From: an uncultured Chthoniobacter sp.
GTDB lineage: Bacteria; Verrucomicrobiota; Verrucomicrobiia; Chthoniobacterales; Terrimicrobiaceae
NCBI GenBank assembly: GCA_964600115.1
Contig: CAZRIL010000001.1
Coordinates: 42,810-106,809, forward strand
Length of the DNA stretch: 64,000 nucleotides
Reading direction: 5' to 3'
The notes beneath the pieces are model-generated. The model did not search any database. It was given only the letters and a program-made list of their open reading frames with translations, and was not told the DNA's origin. The translations under genes and the position numbers were made by a program. Every line of letters begins with the position of its first letter. Within the stretch, counting starts at the first letter, position 1. This document shows positions 57,123 through 64,000 of the stretch, in pieces.

Positions 57123-57198
57123 CCCTCACATTCGGCGGAAATCCCCGTTTCGCAATCCCAATCCGGTTTGCTCTGCGCGGAGCTGGCGCTGAATCAGC

Positions 57199-57708
57199 CT
57201 ACTTCAACACGATCATTTCGGAGTCGATTCCAATGATTGTCTGCACCCAGCGGCGGACATAGCCGGGCTGAAAAACGGGAATGTAATTCGGATAGCTCAC
57301 GTAAGTTTGATTTTTGCCGCACTTCTTCCCACCGGAATTCACTGCGACGACCGGGCCCGGCACGGCGACCCAGTCCGTGCGGGGTGGGACCTCGGTGAAA
57401 TTCACCTGCTCCTTGGAATCCGCTTTTTTGAGAATGACCGCATCCGCGCCGTTTGCCCGGGCATTATAGATCATGCTCTCCCTCATGAATTTCCATCCCA
57501 GATCGGAGCGGAATGAAAGGCGTCCGATGACCTTGTATGGGCGGTCCGGTGATTTGCCGAGAATCGGGATGACGGTCTCTTTTGATTTCGGCGGATAGAC
57601 GTCCGTAGTGACCGGAAAGTAGAACTGGGACGTCGAGGAAACCGATGCGCATCCGGAAATCCCTGCCAGAATACAAAGGAGCAGGAGATTTGAATAAATC
57701 CGTTTCAT
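57199..57708 (-). CDS. Lipoprotein, unknown function
   Basis: MKRIYSNLLLLCILAGISGC has a lipobox (ISG|C). 169 aa. The track ORF extends upstream to 57822. Confidence 0.65.
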   Translation of the reverse strand: MKRIYSNLLLLCILAGISGCASVSSTSQFYFPVTTDVYPPKSKETVIPILGKSPDRPYKVIGRLSFRSDLGWKFMRESMIYNARANGADAVILKKADSKEQVNFTEVPPRTDWVAVPGPVVAVNSGGKKCGKNQTYVSYPNYIPVFQPGYVRRWVQTIIGIDSEMIVLK

Positions 57709-57733
57709 GAGCGTTATTATGCATACAATACCT

Positions 57734-58078
57734 ATGAAACTCAAATCCGCACTCATCGGGACCGCCGCTCTGATGACTTTCGCCACCGGCGCGCAGGCCG
57801 GGCCATCCATCAGTCTGTCCATCGGTACTGGTGGCGGTTGCTACCAGCGACCGGCGTTTTGTCCGCCGCGGCCAGTTTGCCGAGCTCCGGTTTATCCCGC
57901 CTATTGCGCTCCGGTCGTTTACTACAATCAGGCACCCGTCTTCTACGGAAACACGACACGCTTCAGCACGGTTTCCGGTTTCGTGAATGGCGGCCAGGGT
58001 GTCATTCAGGTCTCCAGGCCGGTATTGCCGGTGCAGCCGGTGACCGTCTATCAGGGAACCCCCTTCCGCTGGCGTTGA
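57734..58078 (+). CDS. Small secreted Pro/Cys-rich protein
   Basis: Signal peptide MKLKSALIGTAALMTFATGAQA. The mature part has four Cys and repeated P-V-Y motifs. Divergent from the lipoprotein gene. Coding status moderately supported. Confidence 0.5.
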   Translation: MKLKSALIGTAALMTFATGAQAGPSISLSIGTGGGCYQRPAFCPPRPVCRAPVYPAYCAPVVYYNQAPVFYGNTTRFSTVSGFVNGGQGVIQVSRPVLPVQPVTVYQGTPFRWR

Positions 58079-58128
58079 TTTCCCTCCCCGGCTTGTGGTG
58101 CCGGAGGCTTTCCTCCGCACCACAGGCC

Positions 58129-58920
58129 CTACTCTCCGCGGAAGACAGGTTTCCGCTTCTCCTGGAACGACCGGATTCCTTCCAGGTAGTCCTTGCTGTC
58201 GTAAACTTCCCGGCGGATCGATTGGATGAGTTCGAAGGTTTCTGCGGACAAAGGCAGGCCGCTGGAGAGAAGCCGGAACTGGCGCTTGAAGGAGCGGATC
58301 GCCAGAGGGGAGTTCCTGCAGATCCGGCCCGCCATAGTGGCGGTGAATTCCTCCACCTCGGCCGCGGGCTTGAGGTGATTTAAAATTCCGAGTTGAAAGC
58401 TGTCGTGCGCGTTGATCGGCTCGGCGGTGAAAAACATTTCCTTGGCCTTGTTGATGCCGAGGATGTTGATGAAGTGGATCAGACCCGACGGATTGTAGGG
58501 GATTCCGATTTTCGCCGGCGTCATGGCGAAACTGGCCGTATCATCCCCGATGAGAATGTCGCAGGAGAAAGCCAAATCGCAGGCGCCGCCCCAGACGCTG
58601 CCCTGAACAAGTGCGATGACCGCCCCGGGAAATTCCTGCAATCGTCTCAGGAGACACTCCAACGGCCCCCCATAGGGAAGGGGGTCGCGTCCCGGCTTGG
58701 GAAGTTCATTCACATCGTGCCCTGCCGACCAGACTTTCGAGCCTTTTTCCGCCCGCAGAATCACCACTGTCGCCGAGTGTTTTTCGAACTCATCAAGCGC
58801 GGAAAGAATTCGCGAAATCATTTCCCCGCTCAGGCAATTGCGCTTCGCCGGATTTTGAAGCGTGATGGTTCCGATTCCGGCTGAATATTCCGAGGAGATC
58901 AAGGCCATGAAGGGATTCAA
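58129..58920 (-). CDS. scpB: Enoyl-CoA hydratase superfamily protein, methylmalonyl-CoA decarboxylase (ScpB/YgfG)-like
   Basis: Long collinear similarity to E. coli YgfG as I remember it: SKVWSAGHDVNELP..GRDPL.Y, GSVWGGA, FAMTPAKIGIPYN, REVYDS-DY-EG..F-EKRKP-F. Confidence 0.7.
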   Translation of the reverse strand: MNPFMALISSEYSAGIGTITLQNPAKRNCLSGEMISRILSALDEFEKHSATVVILRAEKGSKVWSAGHDVNELPKPGRDPLPYGGPLECLLRRLQEFPGAVIALVQGSVWGGACDLAFSCDILIGDDTASFAMTPAKIGIPYNPSGLIHFINILGINKAKEMFFTAEPINAHDSFQLGILNHLKPAAEVEEFTATMAGRICRNSPLAIRSFKRQFRLLSSGLPLSAETFELIQSIRREVYDSKDYLEGIRSFQEKRKPVFRGE

Positions 58921-58982
58921 TCACGATGTGGAGGAATTCTGAAAGAATTTCTCAAGCTCACCGCGATTGCCTCGACAGGAAG

Positions 58983-60863
58983 TCAGGCTCCGATGCGCCG
59001 GCGTGCTTTCTTCTCCTCGATTTCCTTCTCCGGCTGCCGGAGATCTGCCGCAGCGATCTTCGCGCGGACTTCGGAGAAATGCGGGCCTTCCGGCTGGGAC
59101 GGGATCTTGTCCTCGAAGGCTGCCAGCGGTTCGAATGAGAAGAGGCGCACCTCGGGATCTCCCCATGTTTCCTCGGCAACAAACCGCAGGGCGGCCGCTT
59201 CGATTTCGAGCGGCACGCAGACGAGCCGCTGATAATTATCTGTTTTCCGATAAACCGTTTTCCACTGGCCCGAGCTGTCCTTGGCATCCAGCCGGAATGC
59301 CTTGACCAGCGACTGCGGAACCGCGCTGCGTCCGCTCCGGTGAGGGTAGGTGCATGGCATCCGCTTGTGCAGTTCGAGGTTGCTGTCAAAGACGAACCGG
59401 GCCCCGGCAAGGCGAGCGGGAGCCTTCCATCTGAATTCGACGCTGCTGCCAACCGGCCCGTTCCAGTGATGGACTTCATTCTCACGGTCGCGGTCCATGC
59501 CATCGAGCAGGACCGGAGCGCCCCCGGTTCCAGCGGTGAGGGTTGCCTGTCGTGCCAGGCCGGAGACCGGGCGGGTGAAGCCAGGCAACCAGCAGTCGTC
59601 GCCCAGGAGCGTCTCCTGCAATTCCTTCAAGCGGTCTCCGGAGCTGAGGCTGCGCGGTTCGCAGCCGTGGCGGGTGCACAAGGCCGCTGCGGTGCCCGCC
59701 GCCTGGCCGAGGATTGCGCATGTTCCCATCACACGGGTGGATGAAAGTGCCGCGTGCGTCACCGAGATATTCCGGCCTGCGAAGAGAAGGTTTTCGATAT
59801 TGCGCGAATAGAGGCTGCGATACGGAATCCCATATGGAGAGGGCGCCGCATGGTAAATCGTGGGTTCGCCCGGATAATAGAGTCCGGCCGGATGATGGTC
59901 GTCCATCGACCAGCCCCCGTAGGCGATGAGATCCGCGAAGCCGCCTCCATCGCGGACATCGTTCTGGGTCAGGATGTGGTCTCCGAGATAGCGCCGGTTC
60001 TCGCGTTTCCCGGGCAGCGACCCCATCCATTCCAGCTCCCAGTTTTCCGCATCCGCCTTCTTCGAGGCATGATTTTTGATGTAGTCCCAGACCCCGTAGC
60101 CGACCCTCATCAACTCATCGCGGATGGCCTCGGCATCGCGGATCGTGTTCTGGAGCCCGCCGATTTCCAACCACCAGAAATTGTGGGCGTTTACGCCATG
60201 GATCCGGTGCGGAAGGTCCGCTTCGCTGGTGAATTTATACGCCCATCGGGGAGCCACAAACGGCTGCGATTCCTCCGTCCGGCGAACCTGAATGAGCAGC
60301 GAGTTGCCCATCGTCTTCTCGTCGGCCGTTTCGGGCTGGATGTCCTCGTCGAACTCCGCGCGCGCTTCGCGGCCCGAGCGGAAGTCCGCTCCGGTGACCG
60401 GCGCGAGCACGCTGTCCCCCGAACAGTCGATGAAGTGCCGGGCCCGGATCGTGTGCCAGGTCTGGCTCGTCAGCTGCCAGGCGCGGATCGAAGCGATCCG
60501 GTTCCCGTCCATTTCCGCATCCGTGCAGGTGCAGTTGATGAACGGCGTCAGGCCGGGTTGGAAGAAGACCTTGGCGTAAAGGACGCTGTCCCAGATCGAG
60601 TAATTTCCCGACGGATTGAGGAATTGGTTCTCCAGCTGAATCTCCTCCAGGATTCCCGTTTCTTTGTTGTGCTTGCCGTGAGCCCCGCAAATCCACATGC
60701 GGATCTCGGAGGAGGCGTTACCGCCAAAAACCGGGCGGTCATGGACGAGTGCGGTCTTTGCACCATTTCGCGCGGCGGCAATCGCGGCGCACATGCCGGC
60801 CATGCCTCCGCCGACGACGCAGATGTCGAACTCGTGATCCATGGCATTCAGATTGTTTTTCAT
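58983..60863 (-). CDS. FAD-dependent oxidoreductase (PF12831-like)
   Basis: Dinucleotide-binding motif FDICVVGGGMAGMCAAIAAARNGAKTALVHDRPVFGGNASSE. Start at MKNNLNAM (60863). Confidence 0.75.
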   Translation of the reverse strand: MKNNLNAMDHEFDICVVGGGMAGMCAAIAAARNGAKTALVHDRPVFGGNASSEIRMWICGAHGKHNKETGILEEIQLENQFLNPSGNYSIWDSVLYAKVFFQPGLTPFINCTCTDAEMDGNRIASIRAWQLTSQTWHTIRARHFIDCSGDSVLAPVTGADFRSGREARAEFDEDIQPETADEKTMGNSLLIQVRRTEESQPFVAPRWAYKFTSEADLPHRIHGVNAHNFWWLEIGGLQNTIRDAEAIRDELMRVGYGVWDYIKNHASKKADAENWELEWMGSLPGKRENRRYLGDHILTQNDVRDGGGFADLIAYGGWSMDDHHPAGLYYPGEPTIYHAAPSPYGIPYRSLYSRNIENLLFAGRNISVTHAALSSTRVMGTCAILGQAAGTAAALCTRHGCEPRSLSSGDRLKELQETLLGDDCWLPGFTRPVSGLARQATLTAGTGGAPVLLDGMDRDRENEVHHWNGPVGSSVEFRWKAPARLAGARFVFDSNLELHKRMPCTYPHRSGRSAVPQSLVKAFRLDAKDSSGQWKTVYRKTDNYQRLVCVPLEIEAAALRFVAEETWGDPEVRLFSFEPLAAFEDKIPSQPEGPHFSEVRAKIAAADLRQPEKEIEEKKARRRIGA

Positions 60864-60927
60864 AAGTGAATCAGCACGGGCGGAATTTCCGCGTGCAGAA
60901 CGGCGATTCAACCATCCGGCGCCGCAC

Positions 60928-61944
60928 TCAGGCAAGCCGTGAACCGGAGGGATTCCATATTCCGGCAATATCACGGATCAGGCCGGGCCCGCTGTAGATG
61001 AATCCGGTGTAGATCTGGACGAGCGATGCTCCGGCCTCGAGTTTTTCGCGTGCGGCGTCCGCGCTCATGACGCCACCTGAGGCGATGATCGGCAGCGGGG
61101 TGTGCTTGCGCAAAATCCGCAGCACTTCGGTGGACCGGGAGCGGAGCGGTGACCCGCTGAGCCCGCCGGTCTGGTCGCGTTCGGGGGGCACCGACGTGTG
61201 ATCGAGCGTCGTGTTCGTTGCGATCAGGCCATCGAGCTTCTCGGCTTCGGCGAGTCCGGCTATTTCCTTGATCGCCTCATCGGTGAGGTCCGGCGCAATT
61301 TTTACGAGGAGCGGTTTCGAGGCATCGATTGCCTTGAGTTCGCGGATGATTGCGGTGAGCGATCCGGTATCCTGAAGCTGCCGGAGCCCCGGGGTGTTCG
61401 GCGAGCTGACGTTTATGACAAAATAGTCCCCGAACGGCAGGAGTGTGCGGAAGCTTGACGCGTAGTCGGCAGGCGCATTCTCGAGCGGGGTGACCTTGGA
61501 TTTTCCGATGTTCATGCCGATCGGAATCCGCGGCCAGCGACCAGAGGACTTGAGCGACGAAAGGGTGCGGGCGACGGCCTCCGCGCCAGGGTTGTTGAAG
61601 CCCATGCGGTTGATGAGGGCCTGGTGCGCGGGAAACCGGAAGCATCTTGGCTTGTCGTTTCCGGGCTGTGCGCGGGCGGTCACGGTTCCCGCCTCGACGA
61701 ATCCGAATCCGAGCGCCTCCCAGGCGCCGAGAGCCTCCGCGTTTTTATCCATCCCGGCGGCCAGCCCGACCGGATTGGGGAAAGTGATTCCGAAGAGCCG
61801 GACCGGATTGTTTGCCGGCGGGCCGAACATCGCTCTGAGGACCGGCGCGGGCGTGAGCTTGAGCCCGGTGAGCGCGAGGTGGTGGGCGGATTCCGGCTCA
61901 AATCGAAACAGGCAGGGGCGGAGGATGTCGGAGTAGAGGTTCAA
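60928..61944 (-). CDS. pyrD: Dihydroorotate dehydrogenase (quinone), class 2
   Basis: Motifs GFVEAGTVT, NRMGFNNPG, MNIGKSK, NVSSPNTPGLR, VKIAPDL, ATNTT, GGLSG and IASGGV. TTG start 61944 is preceded by GGGAGG and overlaps the shc stop (TTGA). Confidence 0.9.
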   Translation of the reverse strand: MNLYSDILRPCLFRFEPESAHHLALTGLKLTPAPVLRAMFGPPANNPVRLFGITFPNPVGLAAGMDKNAEALGAWEALGFGFVEAGTVTARAQPGNDKPRCFRFPAHQALINRMGFNNPGAEAVARTLSSLKSSGRWPRIPIGMNIGKSKVTPLENAPADYASSFRTLLPFGDYFVINVSSPNTPGLRQLQDTGSLTAIIRELKAIDASKPLLVKIAPDLTDEAIKEIAGLAEAEKLDGLIATNTTLDHTSVPPERDQTGGLSGSPLRSRSTEVLRILRKHTPLPIIASGGVMSADAAREKLEAGASLVQIYTGFIYSGPGLIRDIAGIWNPSGSRLA

Positions 61945-63884
61945 ATCGCACCTCCCATTCTGGCATAGGTGGCGAGCGCAAGAAGCGGAAAGTGGTTCCG
62001 ATACATGTCGTATTTCAGGTAGAAAACACAGGGAAACCCGGTGCCTGTCGTGTAATCCTCGGTCCAGGAACCATCCGCATTCTGGGTTGTAACCAGCCAT
62101 TCGATTCCGCTCCGGATGGATTCCCTTGCCGCATCCCCGCAGGCGCAGAGGCCCATCAGCGCCCATGCCGTCTGGCTCGCAGTGCTTGGACCGCGGCCCT
62201 TGAGCGCAGGGATGTTGTAGCTTTCGCAGGTCTCCCCCCATCCGCCGTCCTCATTCTGGCAGCTTTCGAGCCAGTCGCGTCCGCGGCGGATCCATGGTTC
62301 CTCCATGTTGGTGCCGATGGCGGCAAGCCCGCGGAGCGCCTGCCAGGTGCCGTAGATATAGTTTACTCCCCAGCGTCCATACCACGAACCGTCGGGCTCC
62401 TGCGTCCTCCGGAGCATCGCGAGCGCGTTCCGGATTTCCGGCGTGCGCGGGTCATACCCGATGGCCCCCAGAAGCTCCAGCACGCGGGCCGTGAGGTCGC
62501 TGCACGTGGGATCGAGGATGGCGTTGTGATCGGCAAATGGCACGTGCTCGAGCCATGAGGCTGTCACGTCCTTATCAAACGCCGCCCAACCTCCATCGCG
62601 GCACTGGAATGCCAGCAACCACTTCAGGGCGCGGTCGAAGAGCGCTTTGCGGTCAAAGTCGTTTTCAGGCTCCGTCTGCAGCAGTGCCATCAGAACCATC
62701 ATGGTGTCGTCCGTATCCGGATAGAATTTGTTGTCGTGCTCGAACGCCCATCCGCTTGGCTCCACATCAGGCATGCGCACAGACCAGTCGCCGCGGAACC
62801 GGACTTCGCGCTGCTCGAGCCATTTTGCCGCGCGCAGGAGGGCCGGATGCCCGCTGCCGATGCCGGATTCGCCAAGCGCGATGGTTGTAATTGCGGTATC
62901 CCAGACCGGTGAGAGGCACGGCTGGATGCGGAAGTCCTCCGGATCCTCGACAAAAAGTCCGGTGAGATCATCCCAGGCCTTCTTCATGAGTGGATGGTCG
63001 TTCGCGTAGCCGAGCACCCGCAGGGCCATCATCGCGTTCAGCATGGCTGGAAAAATCGCGGAGAGGCCTTCGCTGCCCTCTCCCATGCGCCTGGTCATCC
63101 AGGCCTCCGCCTTTTTCAGCGCCCGGCTTCTGAGCGGATGGAAGGGAAACCGGTTGTAAAGTTTGAGTGCGGAATCCCACCGGAGGAAAAAATTCCGCCA
63201 TGCCCAGAAGCGGGGATCCTTCTTGAGTGAGAGGTCCGCATTTTCAAGGCCGGCAGGGTAGAGTTCGTGGAGATGAAGGGCCGGGGGGAGCGTGCGGACC
63301 GGCTTGAAATGGTTGAGGATTGCCAGCGGGGCGATAATCGTCCGGCTCCAGGACGACATTTCGTAGATGTTAAAGAAGAACCAGTTCGGCAGCAGGAAAA
63401 TTTCCGGAGGCACCGTCGGAACATATTCCCACGGGAACTGGCCGAGCAGGGCGAGGTAGAGCCGGCCATACGTGTTCATCTGGGGGATTCCCCCGAGACG
63501 CAGAATATTCGCCCTGGCCTCGCGCATCCAGATGGCGTTCGGCGAATCCCCGGCAAGCTTCAGCGCAAAGTAGGCTTTGACCGATGCGTTGATCTCGGAT
63601 GGTCCTCCGATGAAGATGTTCCAACCTCCGTCTTCCATTTGGCGCTTGCGGATGTGGTTGGCACACTTGCGCTGGAGTTCCGCATCCATGCGGCCGCTCC
63701 AATGCATGAAGATCACGGTATCGCAGCACAGCGTCGCATCCACGAGAAGCTCCCCCTCCCAATGACCGTCCGGATTCTGGAGCGAAAGCAGGTGGGTCTG
63801 CGATTTGTGGATCGACCGGGAAACCCCGTCAGCCGCCGGTTCCCTTTGTTCAAAGGGGATCAGGTTTTCTGCGGCACCACTCAT
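61941..63884 (-). CDS. shc: Squalene-hopene cyclase
   Basis: Catalytic DxDD motif (PDTDDTMMV) and multiple QW repeats (QNPDGHWEGE, QMEDGGWN, FQCRDGGWAAF, QEPDGSWYGRWG, QNEDGGWGE, QNADGSWTE). Confidence 0.95.
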   Translation of the reverse strand: MSGAAENLIPFEQREPAADGVSRSIHKSQTHLLSLQNPDGHWEGELLVDATLCCDTVIFMHWSGRMDAELQRKCANHIRKRQMEDGGWNIFIGGPSEINASVKAYFALKLAGDSPNAIWMREARANILRLGGIPQMNTYGRLYLALLGQFPWEYVPTVPPEIFLLPNWFFFNIYEMSSWSRTIIAPLAILNHFKPVRTLPPALHLHELYPAGLENADLSLKKDPRFWAWRNFFLRWDSALKLYNRFPFHPLRSRALKKAEAWMTRRMGEGSEGLSAIFPAMLNAMMALRVLGYANDHPLMKKAWDDLTGLFVEDPEDFRIQPCLSPVWDTAITTIALGESGIGSGHPALLRAAKWLEQREVRFRGDWSVRMPDVEPSGWAFEHDNKFYPDTDDTMMVLMALLQTEPENDFDRKALFDRALKWLLAFQCRDGGWAAFDKDVTASWLEHVPFADHNAILDPTCSDLTARVLELLGAIGYDPRTPEIRNALAMLRRTQEPDGSWYGRWGVNYIYGTWQALRGLAAIGTNMEEPWIRRGRDWLESCQNEDGGWGETCESYNIPALKGRGPSTASQTAWALMGLCACGDAARESIRSGIEWLVTTQNADGSWTEDYTTGTGFPCVFYLKYDMYRNHFPLLALATYARMGGAI

Positions 63885-63887
63885 CGT

Positions 63888-64000
63888 CTAGAGCAGGATT
63901 TCGGCAGCCTGCTGGACGTCCTTGTCACCGCGTCCGGAGAGGTTTGCAATGAGGAGTGTTTCCCTGGGCAGGGAGGGCGCAATTTTGATGACATGAGCGA
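63888..64000 (-). CDS. trpB: Tryptophan synthase beta chain, C-terminal end (gene continues outside the window)
   Basis: The minus-strand frame reads ...[22 protein letters not shown] then TAG at 63890..63888. LSGRGDKDV is the conserved TrpB C-terminal motif. Confidence 0.7.
   Translation of the reverse strand, partial: AHVIKIAPSLPRETLLIANLSGRGDKDVQQAAEILL

Noticed and set aside
60866-60897. GTGAATCAGCAC and the imperfect palindrome CACGGGCGGAATTTCCGCGTG just upstream of the FAD oxidoreductase start.
   Set aside because: Only the left half-site matches the motif family. The GGAATTTCC palindrome has a different spacing and could equally be a weak hairpin after pyrD. Not enough evidence to call it a site or a terminator.

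Overview
GC-rich window with almost no non-coding gaps. It looks verrucomicrobial (Opitutae-like). That is an inference from a Verru_Chthon-type A-D pilin-like cassette, AFTLVELL-type N-termini, an autotransporter-repeat protein with a PEP-CTERM anchor, and a squalene-hopene cyclase. Layout: 1-7.0 kb holds transporters, a porin and an M20 peptidase. 7.4-53.5 kb is a large glycan-utilisation island. It carries GH42, two esterases, two CE4-like deacetylases flanking a LacI regulator, two ~1100-aa clan GH-A enzymes, GH78-like, GH28, GH10-like, two GH94-like phosphorylases, a BNR-4-like protein, an alginate-lyase-like protein, two URO-D-like proteins, an IclR regulator and an MFS importer. At 42.4-50.8 kb the island is interrupted by a four-gene pilin-like cassette and a convergent pilin-like plus CBM-like gene pair. 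54-64 kb holds envelope and housekeeping genes: a PEP-CTERM surface protein, an LpxL-like acyltransferase, a ScpB-like decarboxylase, an FAD oxidoreductase, pyrD, shc and the trpB 3' end. I recognised no rRNA, tRNA, CRISPR array, transposase or integrase. Main hunt results: (1) the uncharacterised pilin-like A-D cassette sits inside a CAZyme island; (2) a 12-bp palindrome G[GT]GAA[CT][GA]TTC[CA]C recurs at least nine times, and every copy I found is intergenic and just upstream of a start codon; (3) a 72-nt intergenic element is present twice (61/72 identical by hand alignment), each copy followed by a non-identical GC hairpin; (4) a small secreted protein next to the orphan pilin is homologous to the N-terminal domain of a giant glycosidase; (5) several enzyme types occur as paralogous pairs; (6) a 44-codon SDR relic is start/stop-coupled to both neighbouring genes. 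All family calls come from motifs read by eye. No database search was run.
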